From the NCBI RefSeq assembly GCF_009914755.1, contig NC_060932.1: a DNA stretch of 64,000 bases; one strand, written 5' to 3'. The notes below the pieces were generated by a model. It searched no databases, was not told the origin of the DNA, and worked only from the letters and a program-made list of their open reading frames with translations. Shown here one piece after another: positions 39,045 through 55,460 of this stretch; the first letter of the stretch is position 1; each line of letters opens with the position of its first letter. This stretch comes from the human T2T-CHM13v2.0 reference genome, Homo sapiens. A program made the translations under genes and the position numbers.

Positions 39045-39275
39045 GAGTAATTGGAGCATCATAGGCTTTGGAGAGGCTGGCAGAGTTTGAATGCGAGCAT
39101 TGTCTCTTGCTAGCTAGGTGACATGGCCTAGTTATATAACATCTCAGAGCTTGCTACGCCATTCTGATATGGAGCTGCCTACCTCACAGGGCTGTTGTGA
39201 GAATTAAATGAGATAAAATTACATAAAGCATTTAGCGTTGTACAGCATGTCAATACTGCATTGCTATTATTATTG
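39045..39275 (+). mobile_element. MIR
   Basis: CCTACCTCACAGGGCTGTTGTGAGAATTAAATGAGATAA...TAAAGCATTTAGC...GCTATTATTATT. Confidence 0.85.
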
Positions 39276-39639
39276 TAACTTGCTGTTATTATCACTATTT
39301 CCCCTCAAATATGACAGGGCTAAAACATTTTCCAAACCAGTCCAGGCCTCCCCAGGGCTGGAGATGGGCAGGCCACCCTTGGAAAGAACTTAAGTTCATC
39401 TGTCTTGGTCTCTTCAGTGCTGCTTCCCCACAAAACTTCCTTCTAATGCCATTTGCATTTTCAGAGGGTACTTGAGAGAGACTGTGTAGATATATCATTT
39501 TTGCAGTGAAATCCACCCTATGTAGCATACAGTGAGATCTGCAGGGTGTGACCTCAGGACTTGTCTGGGGTCGCTGCGAGGCACAGAACTCGGATTGTAC
39601 TCAGAGAAAGAAATGGCAGGCAGGGCCAACTGGGTTTAG

Positions 39640-39790
39640 CAACATGGTGAAGGTTTTTGAGCAACGGAGTCAGTCTTCGGTTATATTCTATATCCATCAC
39701 TTCCTAGCTATGTTAACTCAGGCAAGTTCCAGGACTCATCCAAGCCTCAGTTTCCTCATCTGTAAAATGGGAATGATGATGATATGTGAC
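39640..39790 (+). mobile_element. MIR
   Basis: CACTTCCTAGCTATG...GGCAAGT...AAGCCTCAGTTTCCTCATCTGTAAAATGGGAATGATGAT. Confidence 0.85.
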
Positions 39791-39949
39791 TTCAATCAAA
39801 TGACATGACAACCTCTTTATATAATATCTGAAACTTAACCAAGAAATTAGAGTTGTAATATTTTACTATCAATATCACCATCTGTCATTTTCACATAAAG
39901 AAGTATTTTTTAATACTGAATTCTGCCCAACACATCTTTCTCTCACTTC

Positions 39950-40250
39950 CTTATTCACCAAGTATTTCTGAGTCACTACCAGGGAGATAGAGGAGGCAGC
40001 AAGACAAAGTCCCTGCTTTCGTAGAATTTATAGAATTTTATTTTGGGGTGAGATGAAAATAAACAAGGTAACAAATATGTAACTTCAGGTAGGGATAAGA
40101 GCTCTGATGTATAATTCAGCAGGATTAGGGTTTTGAGATTGAGACGAGGGTGGTCAGGGCAGATGTCCTTGAGGAGAAGACTTTTCAGTAGAAGTCAGAA
40201 CCTCATAGGAGCAGATCAAGCAATGATCTGGGGAAGAAGGTTCCAGATTT
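39950..40250 (-). mobile_element. L2 fragment
   Basis: TTATTCACCAAGTATTTCTGAG...ACAAAGTCCCTGCTTTCGTAGAATTTATA...GGTGGTCAGGGCAG..CTTGAGGAG. Confidence 0.7.
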
Positions 40251-40729
40251 GGAGCTGCTGGTAGGATGGTGGACTGGAGCCTGCTGGACCTTCCCCCGGC
40301 TGAGATTATCTGATTTGCTGAAAACGACTAACAGGCATCCTCTTGCATTGTCTTTGCTCACCAGTTTGTTCTATTTCCAGATGGAACTCCTAACGTTAGA
40401 TCACTTTGGGGCCTTCAAAGACCCAAAATAAAATATAGGCCAAGTTTATTTCACCAGATTTAGGTGTGAATATCCCCAAGGACCTGGCCTGTGGACGGCC
40501 AGAGAGGAGAAGCAGAGAGGGCCCTTTGACAACCCCAGTGGGTGTCAGGAGAAAGCCTTACCTTCTGCTAGCTTTCCCCCACAACAGTGTCATGGGAGGG
40601 GAATACAAAGAAAAGCAAAACTGTATTTTCAGTATATTTTACAACAATGGAAAAACAAAGAAAGCCCTATTTCCTGGGTAGCGAATAAAAAAGTAAACTT
40701 CAACTTGAAAAACTTCGAACAACAAGCAA

Positions 40730-40747
40730 TTAACTAGGTGGCAGCAA
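40730..40747 (+). promoter_or_regulatory. Candidate CTCF motif (partial)
   Basis: TAACTAGGTGGCAGCA: ACTAGGTGGCAGCA matches the core; the 5' CC is missing. Confidence 0.4.
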
Positions 40748-41269
40748 AGCGCACCAAGAGAAAAGATGAATTGCCTGAAATAAATAAGGGCTGGGAACAA
40801 AAATGAGAAATGTTCCCGAGGTAAATGGACTATAATGCAAGGCTCTGTGAAATAAAGAAGCAACTGTTTAATGCAAAAACAATGGGAAAGGCATCTCACT
40901 CGAACCACAGTCATCGAGGGAGATGATGGGTGATTTTTTTAGTTGCTGGTTGAATGGCTGCACCTACTGCATGCCAAGTGCCTACCACACCATTTCTCTA
41001 CTCATGCTTTGCAGATCTGCCTGGAAATGCATCTTTTCTGACTCCCCCAGGCAGGATTACTTGCTCTGGATCTGCAGCGGCTCAGATCAAGGTGCTCTGC
41101 AATGTGGCTACTTATTTCTTCCTCTCACTAAATGGCATCCTCTGTAGGTACGAGCAGGTATAGTGTATTTATTCATCCCTTAAAAATGCCTGTGCATTTT
41201 TGTTCTTGTTAATTGGATTGAGATACTCTGTTAAAGTTAAGGAGAGAAGACAGGTGGAGACAGAAGAAA

Positions 41270-42060
41270 GGAATTTGATCAATATTTATTAAAGACCTTC
41301 TATTATGTAGTTCAGATTCCAACAATTAACAGGACAAAAATCTCTGCTTTCTGGGAGCTCAATGGGAGAAATACATGTGAATATGTCATTTCAGTATCAT
41401 GAGCAAATGTTAAAGTGGGGGATGTCCAAGATACTACTACAAGAGTACCTGGATTATTTTTCTTACCCAGCTGAGAAGTTAGCAGGGATTTCTGAAAGAG
41501 GCAAGTCCTGATCTGAATTTGGAAAATTTGGAAGGACAAGTAAAAACTGATCAGACAAGGAGAATGCCATGCAGCCTCATGCACACGTGCAAAGGCCAGA
41601 GGGTCTGATTGAGTCAAGTTCCTTCTGGGAATAGCTATTGGAATGGCGGGAGCTAGAGGTGAGTGCATGAGCACCTGATGGAACTGCCTGGGGATTAAAT
41701 GGGGGTTGTGACCCTCTACGTGGGCGTGTTTGACTTCCTCCCCTCACAGGTAATGGGTGGCCATGAAGGGATTACAAGCATGAGGAGGTGCAGGAGGCAT
41801 GATCTGAGTGATGTTTTCAGATGTCCTCTTGCAAGTCAGGTATGGGGTGAGCGGGGCAAGGCTGGAAGCACAAAGATCCACCAGAAGACTGCTGAATAGT
41901 TCCCGATGAAATAGTGGTGGCTTTATACAACAGTGGCAGGGGGAATGGAAGCAAGTAGTTGGATTGGAGAGAGATTAAAGGGTAGAATGAATTAGAATGA
42001 ATCAGAATTGGAGATGTGTGGGATGTGGGGTTGGGAATAAAGAGGAATCCAGGATGTCTG
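41270..42060 (-). mobile_element. L2 fragment
   Basis: CAATATTTATTAAAGACCTTCTA...CTGGGAGCTCA...TGCAAAGGCCAGAGG...GGATGTGGGG..GAGGAATCCAGGATG. Confidence 0.75.
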
Positions 42061-42217
42061 GGGTTAAATTTCAGATTCGCATCACATCTATGTTTACCTT
42101 TAAACGGGAAATCATTATTCCATGCAAGTTGTGTGAAATGTTTAGTAACTAAAAGTCACAGACCTATGAATAATTAGAGAGGAACCTTTTAGCCTGATCC
42201 CTGTTTGCACCTAGAAG

Positions 42218-43192
42218 CAAGACGAGCTACATAATTTGCATACGAAAAGAATATATGGAGCCCTTTTATAAACTAGAAAAAAGTGCCAGTAAACATACTA
42301 AAACGTACAACTTGTTTTGCTTTTGAGGTATCTTGAAATGTTAGTGTTTTTGACTCACTAATGTCATTCTAGGCAAAGAAAAATTAAATTTTTAAGTGAG
42401 CACAACTTTTACCGTTCATCATTATATAATGTGCAATGCCAGTTCTAAAGGCAAATATCAGAATATTTAACTTGTATGCAGAATCACCAAAAGTACAAAA
42501 TTTGTAGCTCATTCATACAAATGGATTTTGTTCTTACCAAAGCAATGAAAACACTGCATAAAACCAACTCGACTGTCTTTATTTCACTTCTTAATATGCT
42601 TCTGTTTTAAGACTCTTTACTGTGGTTTACTGATGGGTATGGAAGGACTGGAAAGAAAAGGAACTGTGGATTCTTACCCTTCTCTTTCACGTCCTCATGT
42701 TCAGCATAAGAGGTTAGCAAATACAGGGAAGTAACACCAGTAAGAAAAGCCACTGTAGGGTTTCTTGGTTCTTTAATCATCTTAGAACACTATTGCCGCC
42801 TCTTGGCTTTCCAAATAAGTTCTGGTCCCAATGGAAGTGTGGCTTCTCAGGGCTGCCAGCGCCCCCATTCACTCCACCATCAATGAAACCTGCTTTCCTT
42901 GTATCACTTCTAGGCTCCCTGAGCTCCCACACACTAGGGGCCCACTGGAATTCTCTGCTCCTGGAAAATCATAATCACTCCATGCCCGTGGGGCAGCAAG
43001 CAATGGTGGACACAGATAGTGCAGGTGCCTCCTCTGCTAATGCACACGTTCCACTGTCCCATCAGACTTCAGCTACAAAATACAAGTTCAAAGGAAAGAA
43101 TTTCAAGATGGCAGCAGCAGAGCACTAAACCAGGCATAGGCCCCTCTGAGCACGCAAGAGTTGCATGCCCCATGCCCCTGAAGTTGGGTCTG
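42218..43192 (-). mobile_element. MER45 (hAT-Tip100), long form (MER45B/C-like), inserted in a MIR
   Basis: Ends CAAGACGAGCTACATAATTTGC and TTTCAAGATGGCAGCAGCAGAGCACTAAACCA...GGGCCCCTCTGAGC...TGAAGTTGGGTCTG match the MER45 termini in reverse. Confidence 0.8.
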
Positions 43193-43859
43193 GCAGTAGG
43201 GAAACTGAGGCTCACTGACCTCACTGGATCTCATTACGGTTGGGCCACACAGCTGATGAGCAGCAGGGCCTATTCAAAGGTGTGTTTCTCCAAGTCCCTG
43301 GGTCTGGTATTTTTCTCCTACAACGTACAGACCCCCACCTTTATATTCCAGGCCATTCTAATGGCCGGTTCTAATAGCCTCCACTACTTAATGGAAACAA
43401 CTAAATGTAAATACTTTGGGGAAGTGAATTACATTCGACATATACAAGCTACACCTATTCCTCAATTGTATTTACATTGGAAGGAAGAGGTTTCCATTTT
43501 TTGCTCCAGCCCTGACCTAGATGGAGCTTTCTCTAGTCAGATTATGATGAGAGCAAATGGTAGATAAAGCCCTTTGTGTGGAGCCATACAGACAGGACTC
43601 CCACTCTACATGCTAATGAATGCCCAATGGCATTGTGATTTATTTCCCAGGAGCCTCAGAGCTCATGGAGGGGAAAGAGAGGCTTCAAGGCTCATCTGCT
43701 TGGCTGGAGATACCAGTGGATTCTGAAGAAAAGAATCCCATTTCTATCCAATCAGCAAACATACTCTTCAGAGGAGCCCCTTCATATACCCTGTGCTATG
43801 TTCAGAGTCTAGGGAAAGATGGATAGGAAATCTGAACAGTTTGAAATGTGGGAACAGCA

Positions 43860-44440
43860 GACAAATGCATTCATTCTTTCATTTACTCATGCTTATTCCT
43901 ATATTATCCCTTCAATCATGCATTGTATTTCCATATTTATGCATGCATTGAACAAACATTTCTGAAGTGCCAGGTGCCCTGCTAGACCCTCAGTCTGCGG
44001 AGATGAATGCACACACCTGAGTAGATGCTGCTCTTGAGCATCTTACAAGTTGGATAGGGAGGTCTGATTGGGATTATCAACTGGGTAGCATTTGCACTGG
44101 GCTTTGGGGGACATGTAAGAGTCCACCAGCTAGACTAAGTCAGGAAGAGCACAGAAAGTCAAAGGAATACAAACAAAAGCAAGTATTCTTTTGGTCTCAG
44201 CATTGCAGTACTAGTAGATACAGAATTTGTTAGTAGAGGTAAGACCTTTATGCTGAACCAGGGAGCATGATGCATATAAGAGTCCTGATGAGTTAGAAAA
44301 AAGCTTTATTCTGAATCAGGATTTTAGGAAAACAACTCAAGTGGCATGTCTGGGAGATGGTAGGTTGTGGGGAGGACTGTGCTGGAGGGTGGAGGGCTGA
44401 GAGTGCCTAGCAGCAATGCAGGTAAGACACTGGCAGCAGC
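43860..44440 (-). mobile_element. L2 fragment
   Basis: GCATTCATTCTTTCATT...AACAAACATTTCTGAAGTGCCAGGTGCCCTGCTAG...GATTTTAGGAAAACAACTC. Confidence 0.65.
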
Positions 44441-44509
44441 TGAGATGGAGAAAACTCAGGCATGAGGAAACTTCAGGAGGTAAACCTCAAGTTACCCAGC
44501 TCAGTGAGA

Positions 44510-46040
44510 GGAACCATCATAGACTTTGTTTTCTAAGCCAGCAGCCTGAGATTTCCCCTTGTGGCCAATACAACACCCACTTTTATAATCTTGCTTAGCT
44601 TTGTTGCCTTTGAGATTCTGCTTACACGTTGGTTTTTGTCTGCTTGCTTGTCTTCTAAAGGGTTCTTCAATAAATCCCCATGTCAGACTCGACTTCTAGA
44701 GAAGCCAACCCAAGTTAGCTGTATGAGAAGCAGTCCCAGGAGACAGAGATTCAACCCAAGTTAGTTGTATGAGAAGCAGTCCCAGGAGACAGAGATTAGG
44801 ATGGGCTCTGGAGTTGGGTCACCCATCACTAAACTGGAAATAAGGATATATCACTTTGGGGAGGAGGAGGAATATAGTCCCTGGTGTGCTGTTGCAGCAC
44901 GAACACCAAGATGCTCACCTATGGTGAAATAGGATGGAATGCAGGTGGAAGGTTATACACTGGCTGGGAGAAATAGTCATGGACTGTGAGCATGTGGCTG
45001 TTGTTGGGAGCAATTGATGTATTGAAGAGAAAATGACAGGCTCCCTGGTCAGCTAATCACTAACATAAGGCAAAGCATGAAAGCCAGAGGGCATTGTTGG
45101 TAGCATCTGAAAACACACTCATCCCTTGCAGCTGGAGAACAGACTCAGCTGACAGGCAGACATAGAAGTTAATTGTAAGCATGGCAGGACTTCAGAGAAG
45201 CCTGAATAATCAAGTTGGACATTTCTGCTATAACAACTTTGGGGTCACAAAAGGAGGAGGGCTTGAGATTGGGATGGGGACATCTGTGCAGATGCACTTA
45301 CAAACCTTGAGTCCTTAGACTCCCCTGAACAATCTGCACCTGAAGAAACAGCTCAACCATGTAAGAAACTACATAACAGAAAGTAACCTATAGGATACGC
45401 TTGCCCTCAAAATTGACCCCTCCACTGCCCCGGCCACCAGATGCATATCTAGGGTAAGACCTACAGCATGACCCACCGGGGCTAAAAAATGGAAAGGATT
45501 TGGCTTTAAAGGAGCTGCAGGATGTGGCTACTCTTTGTCAGCAGGAACTATAAAGGCACACTCGGGAATGCTGGATAGAGGGGCAGATAATAAGACCAGT
45601 TAAATCCTGTGACAAAATCTTTAACACTCTTGTGGGAGACTTGAGGCATTGTTTTGATATCTGCCTGAACGTTCCTTGGAAACTTGGAAAAACTGGCTTG
45701 TAGGAAATGAATTCCAGTTGCAGAAGCTGCTGCGGCTGACTGTGGCAAGGAGGAATATGCAAGTAGGGAACAGCACCACTTGAAACCTGGGTGGCACTGT
45801 CATATATAGACCAGGTGACCATAGGAGACGCTGTTATAGAACCAGGTTCCCCATGGCAAAAGACGTGAAAGAATCGCAGGGCAGCAGAGGCTGAGGGGAA
45901 AGCACCCAGGCTTTAGACCACAGCTGGACACAATTTGCCATAAAGGGTAGTGAGATTTGGAGGAGTCACAGGTTACCTGACCTTCACGGATCTACGGAGA
46001 TGGAAATGAGGATGAACAATCCTGAGGATAAGACAGATGG
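44510..46040 (+). mobile_element. Old ERVL-class LTR end plus internal (gag-like) sequence
   Basis: TTCAATAAATCCCC poly(A) site, then degenerate ERVL-like internal sequence (CAGCTGGAGAACAGACTCAGCTG, AAAGGAGCTGCAGGAT, TTTAACACTCTTG). Recalled similarity. Confidence 0.55.
44706..44797. repeat. 46-bp tandem duplication
   Basis: CAACCCAAGTTAG(C/T)TGTATGAGAAGCAGTCCCAGGAGACAGAGATT x2, 1 mismatch. Confidence 0.97.
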
Positions 46041-46046
46041 GCCTCC

Positions 46047-46187
46047 AGCCTGGCTAAGTTTTGTATTTTTAGTAGACAGGGTTTTGCCACGTTGGTCAGG
46101 CTGGTCTCGAACTCCTGACCTCAGGTGATACACCAGCCTCAGCCTCCCAGAGTGCTAGGATTATAGGCATGAGCCACTGCGCCCAGC
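46047..46187 (-). mobile_element. AluS left arm only (truncated)
   Basis: CCTGGCTAAGTTTTGTATTTTTAGTAGA...TCCTGACCTCAGGTGAT...GAGCCACTGCGCCCAGC; no right arm or tail. Confidence 0.93.
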
Positions 46188-46189
46188 TG

Positions 46190-49978
<3,789 letters not shown>

Positions 49979-50429
49979 GTGAAGGTTGTCAGAATCAAAA
50001 TGAAGTCACTTGTGGGTTTTCTTGTTCTATTTGTTTTTAAAAACCTGACATACAGAGCTGGGGAAGCCCATGGAGAAAGGGTTCTTACACATATTTTCCT
50101 GATAACAAAAACTGTCACGAGAGACTGCAAACACCACAACTTTGCCCAAAAGCTCTTGCAACCTTCATATACAACACAAAAATTATTTCTGCAATGACAT
50201 CTATCCAGCAACTACTTGTCCAACCTTATTATCGATTCTTATAGCCAAGCATAATTGTCTCCATTATGTAACCCTCATTTTTCTTTTAGAATTCTTTGTC
50301 CTCCTATACTGTCTTGAATAACACATAGTTTACCATTATGGCATGTGTATTCCCATTGCAATGCCCTATTCCCAAATAAATATTTTCTTTTAAAGAAGGT
50401 ACTATTTTAAAGAAGTTGTTTAGGTGGCA
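49979..50429 (+). mobile_element. ERV1 3' LTR (MER65-like)
   Basis: TGAAGGTTGTCAGAATCAAAATGAAGTCACTTGTG...CCCATTGCAATGCCCTATTCCCAAATAAA...TTTAGGTGGCA. Confidence 0.75.
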
Positions 50430-50431
50430 AT

Positions 50432-50680
50432 GGCTATCCTGCCTCTGTGCTTCTTCACATCATCTTCCCTCTGCACATGCCTTTCTCCGTGCAAATCTTC
50501 CTTTTACCTAAGGATACCAGTCACTGGATTAGGACCCACGCTAGTAATTATATTTTAACCTGATTATTATCCCTGTAAATACCCTATTTCCAAATAAGGT
50601 TACATTCTGAGGTTACTGGCATTAAGATTTCATCATGTCATTTTGGGGGGTGATGGGGAAGACTTAGAATGTAACCTTTG
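50432..50680 (-). mobile_element. MLT1A/B LTR, partial
   Basis: TAAGGATACCAGTCACTGGATTAGGACCCAC...CCCTATTTCCAAATAAGGTTACATTCTGAGG. Confidence 0.85.
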
Positions 50681-51404
50681 ACAATAGAGACCCAGCAAAG
50701 TAAATCAAGGGTAATATCACATGTTCCACATACTCTGATTAAACTTTATGCATGGAGAGTGCATGCAGGGAACGGGGGAAGCCCTGACCTAGCCTGGAAA
50801 AGGCAGGGATGCCTCCACTAAAGATCATAGCTTCAGTTTGTTGTAACAGAATAGATGTCAGCCAAAAGGTAAAAGAAAGGAATGATATTTCAAAGATGGA
50901 CAAGGAGAATTGTAACTAATTAGGAAGCTACTGATGAGGCCAGAATGACGACCAAACATCAGGTTATGAAATTGTCTTACATACCATAAGGAGGAGCTCT
51001 GGGTACAATTCTGAAAGAATGGGGAAGAAAATAATTATAAATTGTGAATATAATTAGAATTGATATTAGAATCTTTGAAAGAGCTGAAACAACATTATAC
51101 CTTGGGGTGATTTTAGCACTCACCATTATTCTCAATATAGATAAGATTTTTGTTTATGGCAACTGTCTCTCTGAGGAAAAGTACCATAAGCTAAATTGAC
51201 CCAAATCAATTGAGACTTTTCATTAGACCAAATGTTTTAATAGTAAATTATGTGCTTGTTTGAGAATTGAGAATAAATGTTGTAGACACAGGGACACAAA
51301 TGAAATTTTAATTCACCAAAGCTCATTCTCACGTTCTCTACAGCACAAAAGTTTCTCAATTATAAAAAACCAGTGGAGCAAGTCAAAATAGCCATGCATG
51401 TTGA

Positions 51405-51752
<348 letters not shown>

Positions 51753-51759
51753 TAAAGGT

Positions 51760-52178
51760 CATAGTCTTTCATGTGTTTCCCCCACCGCCCCCAAAATTCA
51801 TATGTTGAAATCCTATTCCTCAGTACCTCAGAATGTGCCCTTATTTTGAAATGGAGCCATTGCAGGTTATTAGTCAAGATTAGATGAAGTTATATTAGAG
51901 TAGGGTGGGCCCCTAATCCAATATGACTTATGTCCTTGCAAACATTTGGATGTGAGACATTCAGCATGAGAATTGCATGTGAATATTAGAGACAAGGGAC
52001 TACCAGGAGCTAGGAGGGGCCAGAAACAGGTCCTTCTCTAGAACCTTCAGAGGGGCATGGCCCTGCCAACACCGTGAGCTTAGTACTTCCGGCCTCTAGA
52101 ACCTTGCAACAATACATTTCTGTTGTTAAGGTACTCGGTTTGTGGTATTTTGCTATGGCAGCCCTAGCAAACTAGTAT
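51760..52178 (+). mobile_element. MLT1B-like LTR
   Basis: CCCCAAAATTCATATGTTGAAATCCTA..CAGTACCTCAGAATGTG...GGGTGGGCCCCTAATCCAATATGACT...GGCAGCCCTAGCAAACTA. Confidence 0.9.
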
Positions 52179-52591
52179 GTTCCAGAAACAGCAATACGTT
52201 GCTTGTCCAGGCCCTGTAATTCAGGCAGATGGAGCCATATTTAAACTTTGGACCCAGCAAACCAATGGCTTTGGTTATATGTTGATTGTGACAACCCATT
52301 GCTTTAACTTTGGCAGCCTAGCGGAAAAAATGATTTGGTAACAGGTGTCATTTAAAAGCCATTTCATTAGAAGGTTCTTTTACTTGGCCACAAAGAAGCC
52401 ATTGAGGACTTTAGCTAGAGACCCCATTCCAAGATGAACCTCTGAGTCATGGCTCTGCACACACCCTGAAGAGCCAGCACTGTCTCCAAACCCAGGTGAG
52501 GAAAGTCATTCCTCATAATAGGAAAGCAAAGATGATGACATCTTTTCTAAGGCTTTTAAATCTTATACCCCAAATGGGTAATGTTTTATTT

Positions 52592-52698
52592 TATTTTTAT
52601 TTATTTTTTTATTATACTTTAAGTTCTAGGGTACATGTGTACAACGTGCAGGTTTGTTACATATGTATACATGTGCCATGTTGGTGTGTTGCACCCAT
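52592..52698 (-). mobile_element. Very short young L1PA (about PA3-5) 3' end
   Basis: TTATTATACTTTAAGTTCTAGGGTACATGTGTACAACGTGCAGGTTTGTTACATATGTATACATGTGCCATGTTGG; TSD GGTAATGTTTTATTT on both sides. Confidence 0.95.
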
Positions 52699-52974
52699 GG
52701 TAATGTTTTATTTAGTCTTGAATTGATCGACAATCTGCCTTCTGGTGCTCTGGGTAAATTTCCTGACTTTAAGTTGCTGAAAAGACAGTTTACAGTTCAC
52801 TTGGATGAATCAGAGCAAATGTCTCTTGAAATACACCCTCCACCAAGTTTCCCCGGTATGCATTTGGGTTTCAGTTGGGTGGGTATTTGATATTTAATAT
52901 AAAACATGAGATTTTATTTGGGTAGGTATTAGTTTTTTTCATTGAATATTTGGCAGGAAGACAGGATTGGCATC

Positions 52975-53506
52975 TATGATGGTTAATTTTATGGATAAAC
53001 TTGATTGGGTCACAGGATGCCCCGATATCTGGTTAAACATTATTTCTGGGTATGTCTGTGAGGGTGTTTCTGGAAGAGATTCCCATTTGTTTTGGTGGAC
53101 TGAGTAGAGCAGATAGCCCTGAAACATGGGGAGAAGGGGGGTGTCATCCAATCCCTTGTGGACCTGAATAGAATAAGAAGGTGGAGAATGGGAGAATTTG
53201 CTCTCTCTGCCTAATTGTTTGAGATGGGACAGCTTCTCCTGCCTTCAGACCTGGACTTACACCATCAATACTCAAGGTTCTCGGGTCTTCAGACTTGGAC
53301 TGGAATCACTAGCTTTCCTAGGTTTCCAGTTGCAGATGGCAGATCATGAGATTTCTCAGCCTCTACAATCATGTCAGCCAATTCCTCATTATATATCTAT
53401 TTTTTAATGTATATGATACACATATCATATAGGAATGTATCATATATATCATAGTAGAGAGATATATATATCTACTGGTTCTGTTTCTCTGGAAAATGCT
53501 GATACT
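52975..53506 (+). mobile_element. MLT2 (ERVL) LTR
   Basis: ATGATGGTTAATTTTATG..AACTTGATTGGG..GATATCTGGTTAAACATTATTTCTGGG...TA-rich tract...TGGTTCTGTTTCTCTGGA. Confidence 0.9.
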
Positions 53507-54013
53507 GCCTCCAAAGCACCACTTACTGTATAATTATATGCTTTTGTCCTATATAGTTTCGCCAAAACTTTGAGAGTACAAATAAATCACCAAAGCTTTA
53601 ATAGTGATCTCTTTATTTCATTTATATCCTTATCCCTTAATTCATTTATCCAAACACACACACAAAAATGTTGGACTCCAGCTATATGCCAGCCACTGAG
53701 CCAGGAATGCAGAGATATAACGTACAGGGATCCAGCCAGGGCACAGAGGTGGATAATGCACAAGTTACAGTCCCTGCCCACAAGCAGCTCTTGGGCTGGC
53801 TGGGGAGACAGACCCAATAAACATAAGGGACATAAAATGTTCCAGCTGCTGTCACATCCTGCCTGCAGAGGGATGGAGGGCACTTCTGCGTGAGACTTGT
53901 CCTCTTCCTCATCCTTAGATCAGCCCAGGGGCCTCACTCCCTTCCCATGTCAAGCTATGTAGGAGACCTTCTGTGTTTCCAGGTTTCCTGGTACTTCCTA
54001 AAATGATGGATAG

Positions 54014-54311
54014 GGCTGGGCATGATGGCTGATGCCTGTAATCCCAGCACTTTGAGGGGCCAAGGCAGGTGGATCACCTGAGGTCAGGAGTTTGAGACCA
54101 GGCTGACCGATATGGAGAAACCCATCTCTACTAAAAATACAAAAATTAGCTGGGCGTGGTGGCGCATGCCTGTAGTCCCAGCTACTCAGGAGAATGAGAC
54201 AGGAGAATCGCTTGAACCTGGGAGGCGGAGGTTGCAGTGAGCCAAGATGGCGCCACTGCATGCCAGCCTGGGTGACAGCAGAAGAAACTGTTTCAAAAAC
54301 ATAAAAATAAA
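54014..54311 (+). mobile_element. AluS (Sp/Sx-like)
   Basis: Full dimer; ATGGAGAAACCC; TSD AA(A/G)TGATGGAT. Confidence 0.97.
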
Positions 54312-54319
54312 GTGATGGA

Positions 54320-54450
54320 TGGAAATGCTGGGTCTCCCACTGGATTGGAAACTCCTCAAGGACAGCACTGGATCTTATTCACCTCTGTATCTCCAGCATG
54401 AAGATCAGGCCCTGGCACATTTTTGGCCAGAAGTAAACATCTGGTTGAGC
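54320..54450 (+). mobile_element. L2 3' end
   Basis: CTCCCACTGGATTGGAAACTCCTCAAGGACAG...TTATTCACCTCTGTATCTCCAGCA...CCTGGCACAT. Confidence 0.75.
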
Positions 54451-54699
54451 AAAGCAAGCCATCATACCTGAGTGGAGCAGTAGTAGCTGAGCCTAAGGAC
54501 AAGGGCTAGGTGGAGGGAGGTTCCAGGTATGGCCATAACACACAATGGGGTCCATGAACATCTTTCCATGTGAAGGGGAAACTTTAATAAAAGTGCTCAT
54601 TTCTACGTGGAGGTTTTGCACACAGCCTCTCAGCTCCAGCCACGGAGATGTGGCAGATTCCATGAGTTTACAGTCAAAAAGCCAGTCAATTTCTCCATT

Positions 54700-55460
<761 letters not shown>

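Noticed and set aside
53390-53472. TA-rich quasi-palindromic tract
   Set aside because: This is the usual variable (TA)n region of MLT2 LTRs.
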